From positions 1 through 27,773 of the IMG/VR virus record IMGVR_UViG_2531839178_000008: a DNA stretch of 27,773 nt. The stretch is one strand, 5' to 3'. Source of the DNA: a virus. Its lineage: Duplodnaviria > Heunggongvirae > Uroviricota > Caudoviricetes. How positions within the stretch are numbered: the first letter of the stretch is position 1; every line of letters begins with the position of its first letter. Below, in pieces: positions 8,347-16,055 of the stretch. Under the pieces are notes generated by a model. It searched no databases. It was not told the DNA's origin and worked only from the letters and a program-made list of their open reading frames with translations. The position numbers and the translations under genes were made by a program.

Positions 8347-8688
8347 TCATCCGAAGAAGCAGCAATCCGGGTCAGCACGCACAAGCTCAAGCGCATCAGT
8401 CAGCGAAAGTTCAGTACTGTACTGATGCCATTTCATATCCTTCCGCATCCAATAGATTTTCCATCTATCCAGAGAACGTATGTACTTGATTCTTGCTGAT
8501 GGCAGGATGTTTGTTTCACCTGGGTTGCCCTGCCACACGGGGCGCTGTTCGCCGATATCTATCGTTTGGTCATTGATGCTATAAACAATATCCAGTTCAT
8601 TGCGGATATGTTCAGGCGGCCTTATGCTTTCAATGAATTGGTGAACTTCTTTTTTGACCGCTTGATATTCAAGGTCAGTGAACGCCAT
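8347..8688 (-). CDS. hypothetical protein (113 aa) directly downstream of the repressor gene
   Basis: ATG at 8688 with GAGGAGG 5 nt upstream, 37 bp after the repressor stop on the same strand; no family recognised. Confidence 0.6.
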   Translation of the reverse strand: MAFTDLEYQAVKKEVHQFIESIRPPEHIRNELDIVYSINDQTIDIGEQRPVWQGNPGETNILPSARIKYIRSLDRWKIYWMRKDMKWHQYSTELSLTDALELVRADPDCCFFG

Positions 8689-8725
8689 CTATCCTCCTCA
8701 CCCAAACGTTTCTTCAGGCCACTGG

Positions 8726-9432
8726 TTACCAGCTATGCGATGACCAGAATACTCTGCCAATAATCCTTACGGTTTTATGAAATTCATCTCTATCCATTAC
8801 TTCATCCGGGTACTCTTCGCGATTTATTGATCTGATTATCACCGATGTAGGAGTGGCGATTAATGTTTTTACTCGCAACAAATCAGACTGGCAAATAGCG
8901 TAGGTTTTACCATCTCTGATGGTGGTATCTTGTGTGTTAACACCAACAACATCGCCATCGTGAAGAGTTGGTTCCATGCTTTGACCTGTTACCCTTACCA
9001 GCTTGGCAGAACTTTCAGTTACCCCCATCTTTTTCAGATAGTACTTTCTGAAAACCAAAGAGAACTCTGATGATTCTTCTATCTCGCAGCTACCGCTTCC
9101 AGCCGAAAGCGAAACGTTAAGAAGAGGCAATGCGACAAACTCGTCATCGTTTTTTTAATGTCTTCCCATACCACAGCTTTTAAAGATGACTCACGGATAT
9201 TGGATGGTTCTTCATGTGTACCATCCCTCATTTCACCAATACCAGAACTAAGCCATTCAGGGCGTACTTTTAAAGCATTAGCTAACTCAACCATCTTGCG
9301 AGATCCGTTTGTTTTACCGGATGACATCTTCTGTATGGCTGGCTGAGATATTCCAACCATGTCCGCAAGCTGTGATTGCGACACCCCTGCCGATCTCATG
9401 GCTGCATTTAGTCTTTCTGCGAATGTTTTCAT
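8726..9432 (-). pseudogene. cI: cI-like repressor (XRE-type HTH plus S24 LexA-like peptidase domain) interrupted by a frameshift
   Basis: N-terminal frame from ATG 9432 encodes the HTH domain (QSQLADMVGISQPAIQKMSSGK). A second frame (8726..9130) encodes ...LPLLNVSLSAGSGS... with Ala-Gly and GQSMEPTL (S24 Ser motif). The frames meet at an A7 run (coding strand; + strand T7 at 9150..9156); one extra A gives a continuous repressor. Confidence 0.8.
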
Positions 9433-9444
9433 ATCCACAAATCT

Positions 9445-9520
9445 ATAACTACGGTTATCCAAAGTAAAATAATAAAGGTTATTGCTATCTTTTATAACTT
9501 GGGTTATCCTTGGTTATAAG
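9445..9520. promoter_or_regulatory. OR operator region with divergent promoters
   Basis: Palindromic sites ATAACTACGGTTAT (9445..9458) and ATAACTTGGGTTAT (9494..9507), plus AATAAAGGTTATT (9471..9483) and a partial site at 9510..9520; putative pR -35 TTGCTA (9482..9487) and -10 TATCCT (9505..9510). Confidence 0.6.
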
Positions 9521-9543
9521 TAATGACTGAAAGAGGTATGCTC

Positions 9544-9768
9544 ATGAATTTAGTAATTCAACGAGCCTTGAAGATTGTCGGTAGTCAAAAGCGGCTTGCC
9601 GACAAGTGTGGTGTAACGCAGCCAGCAGTACACAAATGGCTGAAAGGCGGGCAGGTTTCTCCAGAGAAAGTTACCGCCATCGTTAACGCCACTGGAGGGC
9701 AGATCAAGGCTTACGAAATTCGCCCAGATTTACCACACCTGTTTCCAAAACCGAATCAGGCAGCATAA
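9544..9768 (+). CDS. cro: Cro-like DNA-binding protein (YdaS-type HTH)
   Basis: Divergent from the repressor; AGAGG 7 nt upstream of ATG 9544; HTH segment SQKRLADKCGVTQPAVHKWLKG. Confidence 0.7.
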   Translation: MNLVIQRALKIVGSQKRLADKCGVTQPAVHKWLKGGQVSPEKVTAIVNATGGQIKAYEIRPDLPHLFPKPNQAA

Positions 9769-9806
9769 GTAACACCGCTATTTTCACAATGGGCATTCGT
9801 CCTACG

Positions 9807-9821
9807 TCGCTGACAAAGCGA
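9807..9821 (+). promoter_or_regulatory. nutR boxB hairpin
   Basis: TCGCTGACAAAGCGA, same UGACAAA loop as the nutL element, between cro and cII. Confidence 0.6.
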
Positions 9822-9851
9822 GCCCCAAGATATCTGACCAACTAAGGCCAT

Positions 9852-9867
9852 ATGCGTTTCCACGCAT
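9852..9867 (+). terminator. weak tR1-like hairpin
   Basis: ATGCGT-TTCC-ACGCAT between boxB and cII with only a weak T tract after it. Confidence 0.25.
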
Positions 9868-9906
9868 AGCTTTCAACTAACTATTCACTATTGGAAATCT
9901 TAAGAA

Positions 9907-10206
9907 ATGGAACAAACAAGTTACAGCAAACTATCACAGCGCGACGTTGATCGTGCAGAAACAGATTTACTCATCAACCTGTCAACGCTTACCCAGCGCG
10001 GTCTGGCAAAGATGATTGGCTGTCATGAATCGAAGATAAGCAGAACGGACTGGAGGTTTATTGCTTCGGTCTTGTGTGCTTTCGGAATGGCATCAGACAT
10101 CAGTCCGATTAGCAGGGCTTTTAAGTATGCGATTGATGGACTCACCAATAAAAAACGCCCGGTGTGCAAGACCGAGCGTTCTGAACAAATCCAGATGGAA
10201 TTTTAA
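9907..10206 (+). CDS. cII: cII-like transcriptional activator
   Basis: C-terminus ...GLTNKKRPVCKTERSEQIQMEF matches the lambda cII tail as recalled; position after cro and nutR. Confidence 0.8.
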   Translation: MEQTSYSKLSQRDVDRAETDLLINLSTLTQRGLAKMIGCHESKISRTDWRFIASVLCAFGMASDISPISRAFKYAIDGLTNKKRPVCKTERSEQIQMEF

Positions 10207-10228
10207 CAACATCCAACGAGGTAATTAT

Positions 10229-10372
10229 ATGCGAAAAACGCAGGAAAATAAACGCGTTAATCACCGAAAAGATGTGCTACGTGACCAGTTTTATCAGGGG
10301 GTTAATCCAGAAATAGCTGTGCCACTGAGAGAAATACTTAACAGGTACAAAACTTCGGAGAAGTCAAAATGA
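10229..10372 (+). CDS. small hypothetical protein (47 aa)
   Basis: ATG 10229 with GAGG upstream; stop overlaps the next start (ATGA). Confidence 0.4.
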   Translation: MRKTQENKRVNHRKDVLRDQFYQGVNPEIAVPLREILNRYKTSEKSK

Positions 10373-11121
10373 GCATGAATCTTATGGCTAAGGCCATGAA
10401 TATAAAGGTTGGCAACCCACTGAGAAAACTGATTCTGATTAAACTTGCCGATAACGCCAATGATAATGGCGAATGCTGGCCTTCATATCAACATGTCGCT
10501 GACCAGTGTGAGGTGAGCAGATCGACAGTAAAAAGTCACATTAGGGCACTGGAAGAGATGGGGCTTTTGAAAAGGGAATGCAGAAGAAAAGGAGAGCTTA
10601 ACCAGTCAAACGTTTTTTATCTGACGCTGGATAATGCACAACAAATCCCACCAGAATCAGGTGGGGCAGGAGCTGCCCGGGGTGGGGCAGGAGCTGCCCC
10701 CAGAACCTATCACTCTTTTGAACCAGTCAATGAACCTAAAAACATTATGTTCGAACATGTCCGAACGGAGTGTGAAAAAACTCCTGACCGTCACGAAGAA
10801 ACCGACAAGGCATTCGAGGAAATATTCTGGTGTGCAGGCATGCGGAAAGCCGGGAAGAAAAACGCAGCTTCGGCATTCAGAACACAGTTCAGGGAATGGC
10901 GTAAAACTACCAGGGGGACGGCAAGCGAGTTTGCCACGATGCTGGCAGACGATATTGCATGCAGGAATGGTAAGCAGTTCGGATTCGACAGGTTGTTACC
11001 GTCGAGCTACCTGAACGGTCAGCGCTGGAACGACGAGAAGCCAGAAACCATTCAACCACAATCCAGACCATCATCCGCAATTACCGTATCGAAAACTGGC
11101 TACGTGTTTTTCGACAGGTGA
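10369..11121 (+). CDS. replication initiation protein (O-like, winged-helix N-terminal domain)
   Basis: N-terminal HTH-like segment (NPLRKLILIKLADNANDNGECWPSYQHVADQCEVSRSTVKSHIRALEEMGLLKR) of the type found in phage replication initiators; internal iteron-like repeat; position after cII. Confidence 0.6.
   Translation: MSMNLMAKAMNIKVGNPLRKLILIKLADNANDNGECWPSYQHVADQCEVSRSTVKSHIRALEEMGLLKRECRRKGELNQSNVFYLTLDNAQQIPPESGGAGAARGGAGAAPRTYHSFEPVNEPKNIMFEHVRTECEKTPDRHEETDKAFEEIFWCAGMRKAGKKNAASAFRTQFREWRKTTRGTASEFATMLADDIACRNGKQFGFDRLLPSSYLNGQRWNDEKPETIQPQSRPSSAITVSKTGYVFFDR
10660..10701. repeat. two tandem 21-bp repeats with internal dyad symmetry (candidate origin iterons)
   Basis: GGTGGGGCAGGAGCTGCCC occurs at 10660..10678 and 10681..10699, each with inverted GGGCAG/CTGCCC arms, followed by an AT-richer stretch; encodes a GGAGAAR/GGAGAAP repeat. 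Confidence 0.6.
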
Positions 11122-11124
11122 ACC

Positions 11125-11232
11125 ATGAAATCAAAAATCAAATCGCTACTGGTCGCTGGTTATAACCACGGCTGGTTAAGTATTTCGTTTGTCGATTTCT
11201 GGTTTAAAAATCTCAATCTGAGGGAATCATGA
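11125..11232 (+). CDS. small hydrophobic ORF (35 aa) coupled to the primase-helicase start
   Basis: ATG 11125 four nt after the upstream stop; stop TGA overlaps the primase-helicase ATG; MKSKIKSLLVAGYNHGWLSISFVDFWFKNLNLRES. Confidence 0.3.
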   Translation: MKSKIKSLLVAGYNHGWLSISFVDFWFKNLNLRES

Positions 11233-14135
11233 GGCCAAGTGAACTTAGCGACCTGCTTTGGGCGCAGGTTGACAGGGTGGCTCCGCACCTGTTGCCAAAT
11301 GGCAAGAAAGAGGGGCATGAGTGGGTTGCCGGTAACGTCAACGGTGACAAGGGAAACAGCCTTAAGGTCAACCTTAGCGGCAAGAAAAAATGGGCTGATT
11401 TCGCTGAGGGAGACGGCGGTGACATGCTTGATTTGTGGATGGCATGTCGTGGAATTAACCTGCATCAGGCTATGCAGGAAGCGAAAGCATTTCTCGGTAT
11501 CAAGGATGACGATCACCATTTCGATGCCAAACGTGAGAAGAAATTCTCCAGACCTGATCGCAAGAAAATCGCCCACTACGTTACCAGAACAGAATCCCAT
11601 CTTGAGTACCTGCAATCGCGTGGCATATCGCCAGAAGTCGTAAAGCGCTACGAGGTTGTCAGCGGCAAGGTGTGGAATGGAGAACGAGAACTGGATGCTC
11701 TGGTGCTTCCGTACAAACGCGATGGTGAGTTGTTGCAGGTCAAGCGAATCAGCACTGAGCGCCCGGACGGGAAGAAAGTCATTATGGCAGAAGGTGATTG
11801 CGAACCTTGCCTGTTCGGATGGCAGGCTCTGGACGCTGGCGTGAGGGCGGTTGTGCTTTGCGAAGGCGAAATTGATTGTATGAGCTATGCGCAATACGGC
11901 ATCTCGGCGTTATCCGTGCCGTTTGGTGGCGGGAAAGGCGCTAAGCAACAGTGGATTGAGTTTGAGTATCACAACCTCGACAGGTTTGAGGAAATATTCA
12001 TCTCGATGGACGTTGATGATGTTGGTCGTGAAGCCGCAAGGGAAATCGCAAGCCGACTCGGTGAACATCGTTGCCGTCTTGTTACTCTGCCGTACAAAGA
12101 CATCAACGAATGCCTGATGAACGGTGTTACCGAGGATGAAATCTGGCAGTACATCGGCACGGCATCCTACTTTGATCCTGAAGAACTCTACAGCGCGCGA
12201 GAGTTTTACCAGGACACTATCAACGCTTTCTACAGCAAGCAGCAGTATCTGTTTAATCCACCGTGGGAATCTCTGGCAGATAAATTCCAGTTCCGTGAGG
12301 CCGAGTTGACGCTGGTCAATGGTGTGAACGGTCACGGAAAGGCATGCCCACTGAATGAGCCTATTCTTTTAGCTGATGGGACATGGACTACTCACGGGAA
12401 TGTAAAAATTGGCGATCAGGTGGCGTCAGTAGACGGCAATCCGTCAACTGTCACTGGGATATTCCCGCAGGGTGTTAGAGATGTTTACCGAGTCACATTT
12501 GAAGATGGTCGTTATGTTGATTGCGCAGGCGATCACCTATGGGAGGTCACTAGTCGTGGATTCACGAAAGGCGAGAAACGCCGCGTGATAGATACCTTCG
12601 GGTTGAAGCGGTTGAGTGAAACGAAGAGGCACAAAAATGGCGTTAGGATTCCTGAAATAACTGGTGACTTTGGCGACCACTCAGAGCCATTAGCATGGGT
12701 TATCGGCTCCCTTCTCGGGGATGGTAGTCTTAGCAATGGGAGCGTGAAGTTTTCAAACGTCGAGCCATACATGATCGAGCGTATGAAGGCTGAACTGCCT
12801 GATTACAACTTCTCTGGAGATGGTAAGGACTGGCTGATATCAACGGCGCGTGGTCAGGTAAATCCACTCATGGAGACCCTGCGAGGTTATGGACTAATGG
12901 GGTGCACAGCAAAAAACAAATTCATCCCTCGTGTGTTTTTTTCCGCAAATAAATCAACGCGTATAGGCATGCTGTGTGGTCTGCTTGAAACGGATGGGTA
13001 TGTCGAGAAGGATGGAACGCTTGTTTTTTCCTCAGCAAGTGAAGAACTGCGCAATGGGGTTGTTCAACTGGTTAACTCACTCGGCGGGTCATGCCGGACG
13101 CGAGTTAAAACTGGCGTGACATACACATACAAGGACGATAAGCGGCATGGGATGGATTCATACGAGGCAAGAATCAGACTGACAAGAGAAATCAGGGAGG
13201 CCATCCGTTCACCACGACTCAATGGCAGATTAACTGCGCATCGATTCGAGGGCTGTGGGGTATTCGTCAGGAATGTTGAAAAAATCGGCAATGCAGAATG
13301 CTTGTGTATTATGGTCGATCACCCTCGCCACCTGTATGTAACCAGGGGATATGTGGCGACGCATAACACCGAGGTTGTCGGGCATATGGCACTTGAGGCA
13401 ATGCGTCAGGGTGTGAAGACGTGCATCGCGTCACTTGAGCTGAAGCCTGGTATTCTCCTTAAGCGCCTTACCCGTCAGGCGACGTGCTGCAAGATTCCGC
13501 CAGTGCTGGAAATTGACTCTGCATTTAAATTTTATGACGAAAGACTTTGGGTGTTTGGCCTGACCGGAACGGCGAAAGCCGACAGGCTGATCGAAATATT
13601 CGACTACGCTCGCCGCCGATACGGGATCCAGTTATTCATCATCGACAGCCTGATGAAATGTGGCATAGGCGACGATGACTATAACGGGCAGAAGGCGTTT
13701 GTTGACTCGATTTGCGACTTCAAAAACAAAACAAACTCCCACGTCATTCTCGTTACTCACTCGCGAAAAGGAGACAGCGAAGAAAAACCAACCGGGAAAA
13801 TGGACGTAAAAGGCTCTGGAGCGATAACAGACCTGACAGACAACCTTTTCATCATCTGGCGTAACAAGGCTCGCGAGAGAGCGTTACAGAGAGTTCAGAG
13901 TGGTGAAAAGATGTCAGAGAAGGACGAACAGCTACTGGCATCTCCGGCATCTGTTTTAATGCTTGAAAAACAACGTAACGGCGAAGGTTGGGAAGGTGGT
14001 GTCCCGTTGTTCCTTGACGAGCAATCGCACCAGTTCCTGCAACTTGAATCAGGATCGCCATATAGCTACATCGCCAATATGCCGAAATCGGAATATGACG
14101 AGGCGTGGCGACAGGAAAACGTGACGGAGTATTAA
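11229..14135 (+). CDS. primase-helicase (Toprim primase plus gp4/DnaB-like SF4 helicase) containing an intein
   Basis: Toprim motif (VVLCEGEIDCMSYA), P-loop GVNGHGKA interrupted, Walker B-like IQLFIIDSLMK after the insert; 968-aa ORF with GAGGG ribosome-binding site. Confidence 0.85.
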   Translation: MRPSELSDLLWAQVDRVAPHLLPNGKKEGHEWVAGNVNGDKGNSLKVNLSGKKKWADFAEGDGGDMLDLWMACRGINLHQAMQEAKAFLGIKDDDHHFDAKREKKFSRPDRKKIAHYVTRTESHLEYLQSRGISPEVVKRYEVVSGKVWNGERELDALVLPYKRDGELLQVKRISTERPDGKKVIMAEGDCEPCLFGWQALDAGVRAVVLCEGEIDCMSYAQYGISALSVPFGGGKGAKQQWIEFEYHNLDRFEEIFISMDVDDVGREAAREIASRLGEHRCRLVTLPYKDINECLMNGVTEDEIWQYIGTASYFDPEELYSAREFYQDTINAFYSKQQYLFNPPWESLADKFQFREAELTLVNGVNGHGKACPLNEPILLADGTWTTHGNVKIGDQVASVDGNPSTVTGIFPQGVRDVYRVTFEDGRYVDCAGDHLWEVTSRGFTKGEKRRVIDTFGLKRLSETKRHKNGVRIPEITGDFGDHSEPLAWVIGSLLGDGSLSNGSVKFSNVEPYMIERMKAELPDYNFSGDGKDWLISTARGQVNPLMETLRGYGLMGCTAKNKFIPRVFFSANKSTRIGMLCGLLETDGYVEKDGTLVFSSASEELRNGVVQLVNSLGGSCRTRVKTGVTYTYKDDKRHGMDSYEARIRLTREIREAIRSPRLNGRLTAHRFEGCGVFVRNVEKIGNAECLCIMVDHPRHLYVTRGYVATHNTEVVGHMALEAMRQGVKTCIASLELKPGILLKRLTRQATCCKIPPVLEIDSAFKFYDERLWVFGLTGTAKADRLIEIFDYARRRYGIQLFIIDSLMKCGIGDDDYNGQKAFVDSICDFKNKTNSHVILVTHSRKGDSEEKPTGKMDVKGSGAITDLTDNLFIIWRNKARERALQRVQSGEKMSEKDEQLLASPASVLMLEKQRNGEGWEGGVPLFLDEQSHQFLQLESGSPYSYIANMPKSEYDEAWRQENVTEY
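12345..13367 (+). mobile_element. intein (341 aa) with a LAGLIDADG homing-endonuclease domain, inserted at the helicase P-loop
   Basis: Starts at Cys (CPLNEPILLADG...IGDQV...DG, block A), block B His (AGDHLWEV), two LAGLIDADG motifs (WVIGSLLGDGSL and IGMLCGLLETDGYV), blocks F/G (CLCIMVDHPRHLYV...GYVATHN) ending in His-Asn, followed by Thr as +1. Confidence 0.8.
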
Positions 14136-14213
14136 ATGACCATCTACATCACTGAGCTTGTAACAGGCCTGCTGGTAATCGCAGGCCTTTTTATTTGGGG
14201 GAGAGGGAAGTGA
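14136..14213 (+). CDS. small hydrophobic ORF (25 aa)
   Basis: ATG immediately after the primase-helicase stop; MTIYITELVTGLLVIAGLFIWGRGK, a single predicted transmembrane helix. Confidence 0.25.
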   Translation: MTIYITELVTGLLVIAGLFIWGRGK

Positions 14214-14488
14214 ACGATAGCTACCGACAGTTTGAAAACTGGTGGTCAAAAGACAAAAGCCAGTTCACAGGAGACGATGAATTAAAAGAGTTTGCCTGGG
14301 TGATATGGCAGGCATCGCGAGCAGCTATTGAACTGGATATCGACTGGCCCGAATCGAATGACGACTTTTGGAAAGATGGTGAAGAAGGTGCTTATGCGAT
14401 GGGTTATGAGGATGGGCGTGACAAAACGGTAATTGCAGTAATGAAAGCTATCAGAGCCGCTGGAATTAAAGAGAAGAATTTTCGATGA
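14210..14488 (+). CDS. hypothetical nin-region protein
   Basis: GTG at 14210 with GGGAGAGGG upstream preferred over the listed TTG; acidic Trp-rich product; stop overlaps the NinB start. Confidence 0.45.
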   Translation: MNDSYRQFENWWSKDKSQFTGDDELKEFAWVIWQASRAAIELDIDWPESNDDFWKDGEEGAYAMGYEDGRDKTVIAVMKAIRAAGIKEKNFR

Positions 14489-14895
14489 AGCAAACAATCT
14501 TCCTCCGAACTAAGCAACAACAGCAAGCCGCAATAAATGCCATCCTCTCAACTCCTCTCGATAAAGACAAGCCAGTCACCATCCGCATTACTGACTACAA
14601 GCGAAATCTTGACCAGAACGCAAAATTTCACGCGATGCTGGCGGATATCGCTCGTCAGGTTCAATGGTGCGGCAAATGGTTAAAACCGGAACAATGGAAG
14701 GTTTTGTTGATCAGCGGTCATGCAGTGGCAACAAAACAGGAAGCTGATGTTTTGCCCGGGCTTGAAGGCGAATACGTCAACATTCGCGAAAGCAGCGCGC
14801 AGATGAGTGTGAAGCGTATGGCAAGTCTGATTGAGTACACGACAGCATGGGCTATTGGTCAGGGTGTCAGATTTACCGACAGGAGGTACGAATGA
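14485..14895 (+). CDS. ninB: NinB (Orf-family recombination mediator)
   Basis: Conserved NinB pattern (..[27 protein letters not shown]..) and position after the replication genes. Confidence 0.8.
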   Translation: MKQTIFLRTKQQQQAAINAILSTPLDKDKPVTIRITDYKRNLDQNAKFHAMLADIARQVQWCGKWLKPEQWKVLLISGHAVATKQEADVLPGLEGEYVNIRESSAQMSVKRMASLIEYTTAWAIGQGVRFTDRRYE

Positions 14896-15068
14896 GACGA
14901 CAGCGACGAAGTATCACCGACATCATCTGCGAAAACTGCAAATACCTTCCAACGAAACGCTCCAGAAATAAATGCAAGCCAATCCCAAAAGAATCTGACG
15001 TAAAAACCTTCAACTACACGGCTCACCTGTGGGATATCCGGTGGCTAAGACATCGTGCGAGGAAATGA
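14892..15068 (+). CDS. ninE: NinE-like small protein
   Basis: ATG 14892 overlapping the NinB stop with AGGAGG upstream; [58 protein letters not shown] resembles lambda NinE as recalled. Confidence 0.5.
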   Translation: MRRQRRSITDIICENCKYLPTKRSRNKCKPIPKESDVKTFNYTAHLWDIRWLRHRARK

Positions 15069-15109
15069 CTATTTATCCGGTGCGCCGCCAGAATGACGGC
15101 GCGGTGTGG

Positions 15110-15418
15110 TTAAACGAAGCGGATCTGGAGTTTTTTTCCAGTAGCGCGGGCGAATTTTTTTAGGGTGGCAAATGATGGGCCGCTGATACCTGATGCGAGA
15201 TTACTTTCCATTCTGGTGATCGCGGTCGCTTTTGTTCCCATTCGCTCGGCAACTTCAGCCTGAGTTAAGCCAGCTTCTTTGCGTGCTGCCAGCATTTCAT
15301 CAAGCAGTGCGAATTCGTCAGCGATAGCGTCGTATTCTGCTTTAAAAGCCGGGTCTTCCATCCATTTGGCTGCCATTTCGTCGTGTGTCATGGTGGGGAG
15401 AGTGCGTTTACCAGTCAT
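15110..15418 (-). CDS. HigA-family antitoxin (XRE-type HTH)
   Basis: ATG 15418 with AAGGAGG 6 nt upstream; HTH segment AGLTQAEVAERMGTKATAITRMESNLASG; overlaps the toxin 3' end by 11 nt. Confidence 0.8.
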   Translation of the reverse strand: MTGKRTLPTMTHDEMAAKWMEDPAFKAEYDAIADEFALLDEMLAARKEAGLTQAEVAERMGTKATAITRMESNLASGISGPSFATLKKFARATGKKLQIRFV

Positions 15419-15737
15419 GCTTAACCTCCTTCATTCTGGTTTCAGCTTTCTTGCGTTCGGCTGGCGGTGTTTTCTGCGTTTTCTTTACAAAACTATGCAG
15501 CATGATGATGCGTTTCCCTGTCAGAGTGCAGTAAAAAACACGCGCGATCCCATCGTTGCCTTTAATTCTGAGTTCGAAAAGCCCGTCACCAAAGGCGCTG
15601 GTGTGAGGTTCTCCGAGATTGCTGCCATATATCTTCATACGTTCAACGAGATGTTGGTATCGGGCACGCATACTCAATGGAAGCCGATCGACTTCCAGCC
15701 TTACATCTTCACTGTAGTATTCGATAGTGTAGTTCAT
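15408..15737 (-). CDS. Gp49-like / HigB-family (RelE/ParE superfamily) toxin
   Basis: MNYTIEYYSEDVRLEVDRLP...GDGLFELRIKGNDGIARVFYCTL...IIMLHSFVKKTQKTPPAERKKAE matches the addiction-module killer pattern; toxin precedes antitoxin. Start could also be the ATG at 15749. Confidence 0.8.
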   Translation of the reverse strand: MNYTIEYYSEDVRLEVDRLPLSMRARYQHLVERMKIYGSNLGEPHTSAFGDGLFELRIKGNDGIARVFYCTLTGKRIIMLHSFVKKTQKTPPAERKKAETRMKEVKHDW

Positions 15738-15872
15738 AGGTATCAACATAACAAAATCGTTATATGCATTCAAGGCCTGTAGTTGACGACAACACATATC
15801 CGGGGCTATATTCCTCACGCGCCAGCAAAATCTGGCGTCGGGATTGGAACCCCGGATATCGAAACGGTGCAT

Positions 15873-15892
15873 ACCGCGCTGGCGGTTTTTTT
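15873..15892 (+). terminator. weak intrinsic terminator in the nin region
   Basis: ACCGC-GCUG-GCGGU followed by T7 on the + strand. Confidence 0.35.
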
Positions 15893-16055
15893 ATGCGCTA
15901 AGCACAGTCACATTCGCGATTTATGGCGGGCTGTGTGGGGGCACCGAAAGGTGCGCCGGATGTTTCGACCGGTAGTTCCAACCCTGCACAGTTCGCCACC
16001 CGATGATTGGAACCTGAAGGTGGTGAGGTAAAAATTATCGAAACGCGAGGTCGTT

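Noticed and set aside
11160-12335. Minus-strand ORFs 11160..11894 and 11910..12335 plus small plus-strand ORFs overlapping the primase-helicase
   Set aside because: Fully contained in the opposite strand or alternative frames of a 968-aa ORF with clear Toprim and helicase motifs.
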